From: Candidatus Aminicenantia bacterium
GTDB taxonomy: Bacteria; Acidobacteriota; Aminicenantia; Aminicenantales; Saccharicenantaceae
Assembly (NCBI GenBank): GCA_041479905.1
Contig: JBGOYY010000010.1
Coordinates: 1,370-65,369 of the forward strand
Direction: 5' to 3'
Length of the DNA: 64,000 bases
Made by a program: the position numbers and the translations under genes. Within the stretch, counting starts at the first letter, position 1; the number at the start of each line of letters is the position of its first letter. Shown one piece after another: positions 19,132 through 27,744 of the stretch. A model generated the notes under the pieces. It did no database searches, was not told the origin of the DNA, and worked only from the letters and a program-made list of their open reading frames with translations.

Positions 19132-20555
19132 CCGAATAGACATCGTGAACAGTAAAACCATAAGGACATCGTGAACACTTAGAGGAATCGCCTACACTTC
19201 TTCCGAAATCGATCGGAAGGAGAAGGCGATCATGAAAGAGCGATGTGAATATGAAATCCGGCTCAACGCCATTCGAATCTATGAAGAAACCGGTCGGTTC
19301 GGCCACGCCGTGGAAAGTGTCCATCGAAGCCGGGGTTGGCTCTCCAAATGGCTCCGTCGCTATCGCAAGTTCGGTCTCGCTGGACTTCGTGACCAAAGTC
19401 GGGTGGCGAAACATATCCCTCATCAAACGCCGGAGTCTTTGGTCCGGAAGATCTTGGCCCTGCGCAACGAGTTGGCGGCCCACAAGACCCGCCGCACCGC
19501 CTTCGCCGGCATCGGCGCCGAGACGATCCATCATGAGCTCCATGACCGGGGTGTTCGTCATCTCCCGGTCATCTCGACCATTGAAAAGATCCTGGCCCGG
19601 GCCGGCAAGACGAAAAAGGTCAAGGTCAAGCGTACTTCCGGTGGGCCGCCCTATCCATACGTTCGAGCCCGAAAGATGGGTGATCTCCAGCAAACCGACT
19701 TGGTCGGTCCCCGCTATCTGCGAGGACCCCGGGGAATCACTCGGTTCTATTCCTTCCACACCATCGATGTCATCGGCCAAACGGTCTCGGCCAGCCAGTT
19801 CCCCGATAAGCAGACAATCTCGCTCTGCCGCCATCTCGTTGATTCCTGGCGATCTATGGGACTTCCCAGAGTCGCTCAGATGGACAACGAGATGTCTGCG
19901 TCGGGAGGCGGCCGCTATCGCCACAGCCTCTCCCAGGTCATCCGGTTGCATCTTCTCTTCGGCATCCATCTTGTCTTCATTCCGAAGGGGGAGCCAGGCC
20001 GCAACGCGACCGTGGAGAGCTTCAACAACACTTGGCAGATACGGGTCCTGCGGCACCGCTGCGCCAATCTTTGGGCCGTTCGGCGTTACAGCGATCGATT
20101 CCTCGAGTATTATCACGTCCGGAAGCCCAGCCGGAGTCTCACCGTGGCCGACCATGGAACGCGACTTCCCGGGGTCCTCCGAGATCAACTCTGGGCGACT
20201 CTCCGTCATCTGCCCATCGGCTTTACTATCGATCCATACTTTGACGCCCGGGGTCATCCGGCCCTTCCTTTTGCCAAAGGCTTGGTCTCTTGGGTTCGCA
20301 AGGTCGATGCCCACGGTTGTATCGAGTTCAACGGCGCCGAATACTTCATCCGCCGGAAACTGGAAAGACAGTACGTCGTGGCGACGCTCTCGACGTACCA
20401 CCGTAGAGTCTTCGTCAAATTTGAGGGAAAAATTATCAAGATGTTTCCATTTCCGTTTGTCGGAAAGACTGTTGATCCGATCGCTTGATCCGTCAAGTGT
20501 TCACGATGTCCTTACGGTTGGAAGCATTAGAAAACTGTTCGCGATGTCCTTACGG
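19132..20555 (+). mobile_element. Apparently intact insertion sequence (about 1.4 kb) with a single rve-type transposase and two copies of a roughly 16-18-bp subterminal repeat at each end
   Basis: Left end: TAGACATCGTGAACAG (19137-19152) and TAAGGACATCGTGAACAC (19161-19178). Right end, inverted: GTGTTCACGATGTCCTTA (20497-20514) and CTGTTCGCGATGTCCTTA (20535-20552). Exact termini and any target duplication were not resolved. Confidence 0.7.
19232..20488 (+). CDS. DDE transposase with an N-terminal HTH and an integrase-core (rve) domain, IS481-like / IS3 superfamily
   Basis: 418 aa. Candidate catalytic triad context: QTDLVGP, AQMDNEMS, NATVESFNNTW. Confidence 0.8.
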   Translation: MKERCEYEIRLNAIRIYEETGRFGHAVESVHRSRGWLSKWLRRYRKFGLAGLRDQSRVAKHIPHQTPESLVRKILALRNELAAHKTRRTAFAGIGAETIHHELHDRGVRHLPVISTIEKILARAGKTKKVKVKRTSGGPPYPYVRARKMGDLQQTDLVGPRYLRGPRGITRFYSFHTIDVIGQTVSASQFPDKQTISLCRHLVDSWRSMGLPRVAQMDNEMSASGGGRYRHSLSQVIRLHLLFGIHLVFIPKGEPGRNATVESFNNTWQIRVLRHRCANLWAVRRYSDRFLEYYHVRKPSRSLTVADHGTRLPGVLRDQLWATLRHLPIGFTIDPYFDARGHPALPFAKGLVSWVRKVDAHGCIEFNGAEYFIRRKLERQYVVATLSTYHRRVFVKFEGKIIKMFPFPFVGKTVDPIA

Positions 20556-20595
20556 CTACCAATTAGCTGGTAGCCGTACTGGTGGAGGAAGCCTT

Positions 20596-22113
20596 GTGAA
20601 AATACGTCATATCAAATTTGGCCAAAGCCATTTTTATTCGAGCAATACGGTTGCCTATTTGCTGACAGCGATTGTCCTCCTAGCAGGGATACTTTGGACA
20701 TATAACCTAGGCTCTTACAGTCTCTGGGGCGACGAGACGTTGAGCATTCTTCATGCGCGATCGTTAACAAGCGTATCATCGGTCCTCTCTATGCAATTCT
20801 TCAATGCCCATCCACCTTTGTATTTTATACTCTTGCGCGCATGGTTATTTTTAGGTGGTGAAAGTGAAAGCTGGACTCGGCTCCTTTCAGTGTTGTTTGC
20901 ACTCTTGACCATCCCATTTGTGTATAAACTGGGAAGACTACTGTTTAGCTCCTCAACGGGAGTAATAGCTTCGTTGTTGTACTCGATAATGCCTCTGATG
21001 TTAATTTACAACCGCGAAGTGCGAATGTACTCGTTGCTCGTGATGCTTTCTTGCCTGTCGCTTTTGCTCCTATTGAGATGTCTTGAGGAAGATCGTACAG
21101 CAGACTGGATTTTATTCTCTTTATTCACTTTCATGACCCTGATTACACACTACCATGGATTTCTCATATTACTGGCACAGGGGATATTTTTCCTTTTACG
21201 CTTAGCCAGAGTGCATAATCGCTCGCGTTTCATCTTTAAATTCATGCTGGCATCTTTCGTAGCAATCCTTCTATTCATACCCTTCATTCCTGCTTTACGG
21301 GAAGCGCTTGGTACCACTGGCGAAATGTGGCGATCTGGCGCCAAATCAATTCTCGTTTCTAGAGGCTATCTGATCTTTTCGCTTACACTTGGGCAGACGA
21401 TCATGCCGTGGAATCCTATTGCCCTGATTGGTGGTTTGGGAATTGCGGCCCTATTCGTAAACGGCATCTGGAACAATCGATCCAATCACAATTTCCTATT
21501 ATTGTTAGTATCATATGGGTTTGTTGTGTTTGTGGTTGGCCCCGCAATTTCTCACGACATGCCCCGCTACTACCTTTTCATGATACCGCTCATTTGTATT
21601 GGCATAGCTATTGGGATCACGAGCATGAAATCTCGAATCATGTCTCTGGTATTCACCACAATGCTGTTGTTTAGCTGGGTTGTTTCGGGAATCAACTACT
21701 ACACTGGCCATGATTTTCACGTTATGGCCACAGTGGATCCATGGCGCGAGGTAGCCAAGTATTTACAAGAACATATTGGAGATGATCCAACTAGCAAGAT
21801 TATTGTGAATTCTAGCCCCTCGCTCACGAATTATTATCTCCCAAGATATGGCTTACAGAATCGGCTCTTAACAGATAATGTCTCATTTGGCACTGTAGAC
21901 ATCTGTACATCAAATACCCTCTGGCTCGTTGTTGGCAATCCAGTTAATACGATATCTGGCAAGCAACTGCGCCAGGACATTATGAACCAATGTGGCTTTA
22001 CCGTGGTCGACACTATCCGGTTTCTTCGTGATCCGAAATACATGAAAAAGAATAAGTTTTTCAACAAAGAATTCGCAGAATTCCGTGTTGAGGTATTTAA
22101 ATTACACAGATGA
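20596..22113 (+). CDS. GT-C fold glycosyltransferase (PMT_2 / ArnT-like, GT39/GT83-type)
   Basis: Polytopic. Has an early periplasmic-loop DE-type motif, SLWGDETLSILHA. GTG 20596 is preferred as the start (GGAGGA lies 6 nt upstream). The 5' part of the track ORF (from 20485) lies in the IS end. Confidence 0.7.
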   Translation: MKIRHIKFGQSHFYSSNTVAYLLTAIVLLAGILWTYNLGSYSLWGDETLSILHARSLTSVSSVLSMQFFNAHPPLYFILLRAWLFLGGESESWTRLLSVLFALLTIPFVYKLGRLLFSSSTGVIASLLYSIMPLMLIYNREVRMYSLLVMLSCLSLLLLLRCLEEDRTADWILFSLFTFMTLITHYHGFLILLAQGIFFLLRLARVHNRSRFIFKFMLASFVAILLFIPFIPALREALGTTGEMWRSGAKSILVSRGYLIFSLTLGQTIMPWNPIALIGGLGIAALFVNGIWNNRSNHNFLLLLVSYGFVVFVVGPAISHDMPRYYLFMIPLICIGIAIGITSMKSRIMSLVFTTMLLFSWVVSGINYYTGHDFHVMATVDPWREVAKYLQEHIGDDPTSKIIVNSSPSLTNYYLPRYGLQNRLLTDNVSFGTVDICTSNTLWLVVGNPVNTISGKQLRQDIMNQCGFTVVDTIRFLRDPKYMKKNKFFNKEFAEFRVEVFKLHR

Positions 22114-22285
22114 AGATGTGTTCAATTATTAAGGAGATGGATTTCTGCCGCGCTTGGCCGAGACGGGATTTGGATATTTCGATTCTTGCGTCGGCAATAA
22201 GATGCTTTGCAGCAGGCGAGTTGAGAACGCTTGTATTTGTTGACCTTCATATTCACTGCCTGCTCTTTTTATTCTGGAAACCAGA

Positions 22286-23041
22286 ATGGAGAGTTGGATG
22301 CAAAATGGTCGACTCGTCGAATTAAGTATCATTGTTCCTTGCTTGAATGAAAATGATAATTTGCCTATCATCTTGCCTAAGCTCGCCAACCTAATCTTGT
22401 CAAACAGCCTGAATGCTGAATTAGTGATTCTCGATGATGCAAGTACTGACGATACTTATAGATTAGCAGAGAGAATTATGAGCCAGCATACTGAAATTAA
22501 ATGGTCGTTGTATCAACGCCATGAACCGAGACGAGGGTATGGGGCAATAATGCGATTTGGATTAGCCCATGCTATAGGGCGTTACGCGATTCCAGTGTCA
22601 GCCGATGATGTGGATCCAATTGATGTAATCCCAGTATTCCTCGAGCACATGCGCAATGGCGCTGACCTTGTACAATGCTCGCGGTATTCAAGACCAAAAG
22701 ATGCTGAGACAATTCCATTCAAATATAAATTTTACCAAACGATATACCGAGCACTCGTGAAATTCTTGATAGGACAGGAGATACGCGATAGCACGTATTC
22801 GTTCAAAATGCATAATCGAATTCTTATGATGGCGGTTGGTCTCTCGTCGAATCGTTTCAGCATCAGCCCCGAAATCACGTTCAAAACCTTGCTAACAGGT
22901 GGCAAGATTGTCTATGTGCCCGGAAGTCAGGGGGTTCGTATCTATGGGATCTCTAAGTTTAAGTTCTTGAGGGAGGGTCCCGGATTTGCCTGGGTGCTGT
23001 TTCGAGCTGCTCTACATAGGCTCGGCATACTCTGGTTTTAG
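22286..23041 (+). CDS. GT2 polyprenyl-phosphate sugar synthase (ArnC/GtrB/DPM1-like)
   Basis: LSIIVPCLNENDNLPIILPKL...VILDDASTDDT, with C-terminal TM-like segments. An alternative start is ATG 22298. Confidence 0.7.
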   Translation: MESWMQNGRLVELSIIVPCLNENDNLPIILPKLANLILSNSLNAELVILDDASTDDTYRLAERIMSQHTEIKWSLYQRHEPRRGYGAIMRFGLAHAIGRYAIPVSADDVDPIDVIPVFLEHMRNGADLVQCSRYSRPKDAETIPFKYKFYQTIYRALVKFLIGQEIRDSTYSFKMHNRILMMAVGLSSNRFSISPEITFKTLLTGGKIVYVPGSQGVRIYGISKFKFLREGPGFAWVLFRAALHRLGILWF

Positions 23042-23083
23042 TAATAAAAATAATGCGTATATAAAGGAAGAGGCTGAAAACTA

Positions 23084-23974
23084 GTGAAAAATATTCTTGT
23101 TCTCGGCGGCGAAGGAATGCTTGGCCATAAGATGACTCAGATACTTCGGACGAGGTTCCCTAATACAGCATGTTCGATCATAGGGTCTTTGAAAGAAGAA
23201 TATTATAGGAATAATGAGTTATTCAGCCAAGGGCCTGTAATTGAGAAATTGAACGCTATGAACCTTCCCGCTTTTGAGAAGTCGCTAAGAAGTAATAAAT
23301 GGGACATTATCGTTAACTGTATTGGAATTGTCAAACAGAGGGAAGAGGCCCACAACGCACTGATAAGCATAACTTTGAACTCACTGCTGCCGCATAAGCT
23401 TGCCACGATTGCTTCCGAATGGGGGGGGCGAGTGATCCACTTCAGCACAGATTGTGTATTCGATGGCAAGCGGGGAAGATATACAGAGGAGGATGTTTCG
23501 AACGCTAAAGACCTTTACGGAAAAAGTAAATATCTTGGAGAAGTATCTTGCACACGTAACGTGCTGACAATTAGGACTTCGATAATAGGACGCGAGTTGA
23601 ATAAATTCAAGTCGTTACTTGAATGGTTCCTTGCGCAAGACAATAAAATAGTTCGAGGTTTTAAGCGACATATTTATTCTGGTGTCACAACTAACTATCT
23701 AGCTACTCTTGTTGGAGAATTGATCGAACGCTTTCCTGAGTTGTATGGCCTTTTTCAGGTTGTTGGAGATACAATTTCAAAATATGACCTATTGTGCATG
23801 TTACGAAATGCTTTTAAGATGGATGTCGAAATTCTTTCGGACGTAACAGAGACCTGTGATCGCAGTATGATAGGAGACAAATTTAAAAATGCTACAGGTC
23901 TTGTTTGTCCGCCATGGATTGAGCTAGCCGCACAATTAGCAAATGATCCGACTCCCTACGGGAAATGGAGATAA
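23084..23974 (+). CDS. RmlD-fold NAD(P)H-dependent 4-reductase (WbvR-like rather than FnlB-like, judged by size)
   Basis: 296 aa. Motifs ILVLGGEGMLGHK, STDCVFDG and YGKSKYLGE. Confidence 0.65.
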   Translation: MKNILVLGGEGMLGHKMTQILRTRFPNTACSIIGSLKEEYYRNNELFSQGPVIEKLNAMNLPAFEKSLRSNKWDIIVNCIGIVKQREEAHNALISITLNSLLPHKLATIASEWGGRVIHFSTDCVFDGKRGRYTEEDVSNAKDLYGKSKYLGEVSCTRNVLTIRTSIIGRELNKFKSLLEWFLAQDNKIVRGFKRHIYSGVTTNYLATLVGELIERFPELYGLFQVVGDTISKYDLLCMLRNAFKMDVEILSDVTETCDRSMIGDKFKNATGLVCPPWIELAAQLANDPTPYGKWR

Positions 23975-23979
23975 GATAA

Positions 23980-25044
23980 ATGAAACTATTTGAGGATCAG
24001 TGTTTGTTAATAACCGGAGGAACGGGATCGCTAGGCAAGGTACTCATTCGAAAGCTACTAAGCGGAGAGATGGGTAATCCTAAGAAGATAATTGTTTTTT
24101 CGCGCGATGAGGCGAAGCAGCATTTCATGCGGTTGGAATATCAAAATCGGATGGCTGCAACCGACGAGATCATTTATCGTAATTTTCAACAGAAGCTGGA
24201 ATTTAGGATTGGCGATATAAGGAATTATGGGAGTGTTACATCGGTCCTGCCTGGAGTTGACATAGTAATAAATACGGCGGCAATGAAGCAAGTGCCGACT
24301 TGCGAATATTCCCCTTACGAAGCCGTTAGCACCAACGTATTGGGTGCTGAAAACATCGTGAGAGCTATCCAGGAACACAATTTGCCGGTAAAGACCGTGG
24401 TGGGCGTATCAACCGATAAAGCGTGTAAGCCTGTCAACGTTATGGGCATGACTAAAGCGATACAGGAGCGAATATTCGTGCAAGCCAACATGCGTTGCCC
24501 GAGAACCCGGTTTATCTGTACGCGTTATGGAAACGTTCTTGCTTCGCGCGGGTCAGTTATCCCTTTATTTTTAGATCAGATCAGAAAAGGGGGACCGATA
24601 ACGATCACAACTTCCGAGATGACGAGGTTTCTTCTCAGTTTGGAAGATGCAGTCACTTTGGTAATTGATGCCATCCAGGCGGCAGCGCCTGGGGAGACAT
24701 GGGTGCCGCACGTGCAGTCATCCTTGGTAATTAATATTGCAAAAGCTCTCATGGGCGATAGGGATATTAAGATAATATTCACTGGAATTCGGCCCGGCGA
24801 AAAGGTTCATGAGATTATGATAAGTGAGGAGGAAGTCTCTCGCACAATTGAACGCGGAAATCATTATGCAATCGTGCCGATGCTTCCGGAAGTATCTGGA
24901 GACAAACCGTTAAAACCGGCGCGTACAAAAGAATATTCTTCTGCCGAAAACCTAATGAGTTTAGAAGAGACGATTCAATTATTAAAAGACCGAAAGCTTA
25001 TGCTAGAGGATCTGAATCCATATGAGGCGGAGACATTGCGATGA
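23980..25044 (+). CDS. UDP-GlcNAc 4,6-dehydratase/5(3)-epimerase (FnlA/CapE/WbvB family)
   Basis: 354 aa. Motifs LLITGGTGSLGKVL, FSRDEAKQ, MGMTKAIQE and YGNVLASRGSVIPLF. Confidence 0.85.
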   Translation: MKLFEDQCLLITGGTGSLGKVLIRKLLSGEMGNPKKIIVFSRDEAKQHFMRLEYQNRMAATDEIIYRNFQQKLEFRIGDIRNYGSVTSVLPGVDIVINTAAMKQVPTCEYSPYEAVSTNVLGAENIVRAIQEHNLPVKTVVGVSTDKACKPVNVMGMTKAIQERIFVQANMRCPRTRFICTRYGNVLASRGSVIPLFLDQIRKGGPITITTSEMTRFLLSLEDAVTLVIDAIQAAAPGETWVPHVQSSLVINIAKALMGDRDIKIIFTGIRPGEKVHEIMISEEEVSRTIERGNHYAIVPMLPEVSGDKPLKPARTKEYSSAENLMSLEETIQLLKDRKLMLEDLNPYEAETLR

Positions 25045-26156
25045 AAATAATGAGCATTGTCGGAACGCGGCCAGAAATAATCAGGTTGAGTCTTATTATC
25101 AGGTTATTGGACCAATATGCCAAGCACGTTTTGATACATACCGGTCAAAATTATGACGACCGATTGAGCGCATTATTTTTCCGTGAGCTGCAGGTTCGGG
25201 AGCCGGATGTATACATGGGCGTACGCGGGCAGGGGTTTGCTAACCAAGTTGGGCAGATACTGGCGGGGTGCGAGCCGCTATTTCTTGAGCATAAGCCTGA
25301 CCGCCTTCTCGTACTGGGCGACACCAACAGCGGCCTTACCGCACTGATCGCACGCCGACTTGGGATACCTGTTTATCATATGGAGGCGGGGAATCGCTGC
25401 TACGACGACCGAGTGCCGGAGGAAGTAAACCGCCGTGTAATCGACCACTCCAGCAGTGTTCTGATGCCATATACCAATCGGAGCAAAGAAAACCTGATTC
25501 GCGAGGGAATAGCGAGGGAGAGAATATATGTCACAGGAAATCCGATTAAGGAAGTGATCGATCACTTTTCCACGAATGTTTCAAGTTCTACCATGCTTGA
25601 GGAACATGAAGTAGAGAAAGGCAAGTATTTTCTGGTCACTATGCACCGAGCCGAGAATGTGGATATCGAGGAGCGATTGAGAAAATTGGTTGAAGCATTG
25701 GAGATGCTGAATAAAGAATACGGCTATCCGGTAATATGCTCATTCCATCCACGCACAAGGGAGAAGGTCCAGCGTTTTGGCGTAGATATCAAGCACAAGG
25801 GACTGAAGTTCGTGGAACCTCTTGGCTTTTTCGATTTCGTCAATCTTGAAAAGTCGGCGTTCTGCATGCTCTCGGACAGCGGTACAGTTCAGGAAGAGGC
25901 CTGCATCCTAGGTATTCCGAACGTAACAATCCGCGATGTCACAGAACGCCCCGAAACAATTGAGTGTGGTTCGAATATACTTTCAGGCTGCGATCCAAAA
26001 ACCATATTGAATCTTGTCAACCTTGTGGTCGCCCAGAAGGGTTTGTGGGTACCTCCGGCGGAGTACTTAACTGAAAATGTGTCGTGGACGGTAGCCCGAA
26101 TCATGCTTGGATATCGATTGCCTGATCTTGCTGAACAAGAGTGGCGGCGAAAGTAA
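25041..26156 (+). CDS. UDP-2-acetamido-2,6-dideoxy-hexose / UDP-GlcNAc 2-epimerase, non-hydrolysing (FnlC/Cap5G/WbvD family)
   Basis: 371 aa. Motifs SIVGTRPEIIRLS, HTGQNYD, LGDTNS and SDSGTVQEEA. Confidence 0.85.
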   Translation: MKIMSIVGTRPEIIRLSLIIRLLDQYAKHVLIHTGQNYDDRLSALFFRELQVREPDVYMGVRGQGFANQVGQILAGCEPLFLEHKPDRLLVLGDTNSGLTALIARRLGIPVYHMEAGNRCYDDRVPEEVNRRVIDHSSSVLMPYTNRSKENLIREGIARERIYVTGNPIKEVIDHFSTNVSSSTMLEEHEVEKGKYFLVTMHRAENVDIEERLRKLVEALEMLNKEYGYPVICSFHPRTREKVQRFGVDIKHKGLKFVEPLGFFDFVNLEKSAFCMLSDSGTVQEEACILGIPNVTIRDVTERPETIECGSNILSGCDPKTILNLVNLVVAQKGLWVPPAEYLTENVSWTVARIMLGYRLPDLAEQEWRRK

Positions 26157-26208
26157 TGAAGATTTAATTTTATTCCCTTCTTAAGTGGTAGTCAGTTTTG
26201 AATAAACA

Positions 26209-27435
26209 ATGAGAATTCTTATTCTGTCACAATATTTCTGGCCAGAAGATTTTTTAATCAACGACTTCGCGAAGAACTTGTGTGATCGCGGGCATTATGT
26301 CGAAGTACTTACTGGATTCCCCAACTATCCATCCGGAAAAATATATCCAGGGTATAGCTTTAGGGGTCCATATCACGATGAGTATAATCGTATTCAAATC
26401 TGGCGTAGCCCGATATTCCCGAGGGGTAATGCATCCGGATGGCGTTTAATTATTAACTATTTCTCCTTTGCACTCTTAGCTGGTATACGGGGCTTCTTGG
26501 CCTGTTGGCGCAGTTTTGATGTCATTCTGGTTTACCAACTCTCGCCCATCACAGTGGGTATACCTGCCCGCGTAATGAAGGCTCTTACAGGAGCGAAGTT
26601 GTTTTTCTGGGTTCAGGACTTGTGGCCCGAGAGCCTTTCGGCTACAGGGGTAATTCAATCAGATTATATTTTAAAATGGTTTGGTGAACTTACGCGATGG
26701 ATTTACAAGGGATGTGATCTTATCCTAGTTCAATCTCGAGCATTCATTGAATCCGTACTTAGGTATGGAGTAGACAGTAAAAAGATACGATATTTCCCTA
26801 ATTGTGCCGAAGATTTTTTCCGCCCGATCAATCCTCGAAAGTGCACTTCCGAAAACGCTTTAATGCTTCCGGGCTTTCGTGTGATGTTCGCCGGGAATAT
26901 TGGGAAGTCTCAAGATTTCGAAACAATACTATCCGCCGCCGAATTGACTCAAGGGAAGCCAGGCATTCAATGGGTAATTCTAGGTGATGGAAGACATAGG
27001 TTATGGGTTGAGCAGGAAATACGTCATCGTGAGTTGAATAACGTGCATTTGCTTGGCCATCATCCAAAAGAAAGAATGCCAGCTTTCTTTTCATTGGCAG
27101 ATGTTTTGCTGATTACGCTCAAACGAAAACCATTATTTGCTTTGACGGTTCCCTCAAAGGTTCAAGCTTATCTTGCCTGTGGCAAAGCCATTATTGCTTC
27201 CCTCGATGGTGAGGGCGCCCGTATAATCCAGGAAGCACAGGCGGGCATAACTGTACCTGCTGAGAATCCAAATGAGTTGGCGAATGCAGTTCTGCAATTG
27301 AATGAGCTCGATCAAGAACAGCTTAAGGTCATGGGCCAAAATGCTCGTAAGTATTATGAAATGCATTTTTCTAATACGCATTTATTGGATATATTTGAAC
27401 AATGGCTGGATGAATTATCCGAGGATTCTGATTAG
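26209..27435 (+). CDS. GT4 glycosyltransferase, WbuB-like (typically transfers the L-FucNAc/L-QuiNAc-type sugar)
   Basis: 408 aa. N-terminus MRILILSQYFWPEDFLINDFAKNLCDRGHYVEVLTGFPNYPSGKIYPGY. Confidence 0.75.
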   Translation: MRILILSQYFWPEDFLINDFAKNLCDRGHYVEVLTGFPNYPSGKIYPGYSFRGPYHDEYNRIQIWRSPIFPRGNASGWRLIINYFSFALLAGIRGFLACWRSFDVILVYQLSPITVGIPARVMKALTGAKLFFWVQDLWPESLSATGVIQSDYILKWFGELTRWIYKGCDLILVQSRAFIESVLRYGVDSKKIRYFPNCAEDFFRPINPRKCTSENALMLPGFRVMFAGNIGKSQDFETILSAAELTQGKPGIQWVILGDGRHRLWVEQEIRHRELNNVHLLGHHPKERMPAFFSLADVLLITLKRKPLFALTVPSKVQAYLACGKAIIASLDGEGARIIQEAQAGITVPAENPNELANAVLQLNELDQEQLKVMGQNARKYYEMHFSNTHLLDIFEQWLDELSEDSD

Positions 27436-27743
27436 TGATCTATTTAGGCGATCGCCGCCCTCAATTTCTGGTGACGGGTGCTCCGGACGCTTTGGGGAGA
27501 AGAACGGCTCGAGTGCGCCTTCCGGTGGCCCCTCTGCACATTTGTGCGGAGATTGTAGACAAAGGAGCGAGGCTTTTCGGCCTCGGGCTTCCCGGCTTTA
27601 GGAGTGCATTAGACAAGTACACCGAAGATATGGCTGTCGATGGGAATCGGATCCAACACGAGATCAGGTTTAGCCCAAAATATGATCTTCTTTCCGGATG
27701 GAAAGAGACAAGAGAAGAAATGCGCACAAGAGGAGAGCTATAG
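27435..27743 (+). pseudogene. Probable C-terminal remnant of an NAD-dependent sugar epimerase (WbpK/WbpV-position gene)
   Basis: Only about 100 codons. The tail ..FSPKYDLLSGWKETREEM looks like the C-terminus of SDR sugar epimerases. No Rossmann N-terminus is present. The GTG start overlaps the upstream stop. Confidence 0.4.
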
Positions 27744-27744
27744 G

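Noticed and set aside
19121-20573. 426-aa minus-strand and 442-aa plus-strand ORFs covering the IS
   Set aside because: The 418-aa frame (19232-20488) carries the HTH plus rve DDE features. The other two are Ser/Arg/Pro-rich shadows of it.
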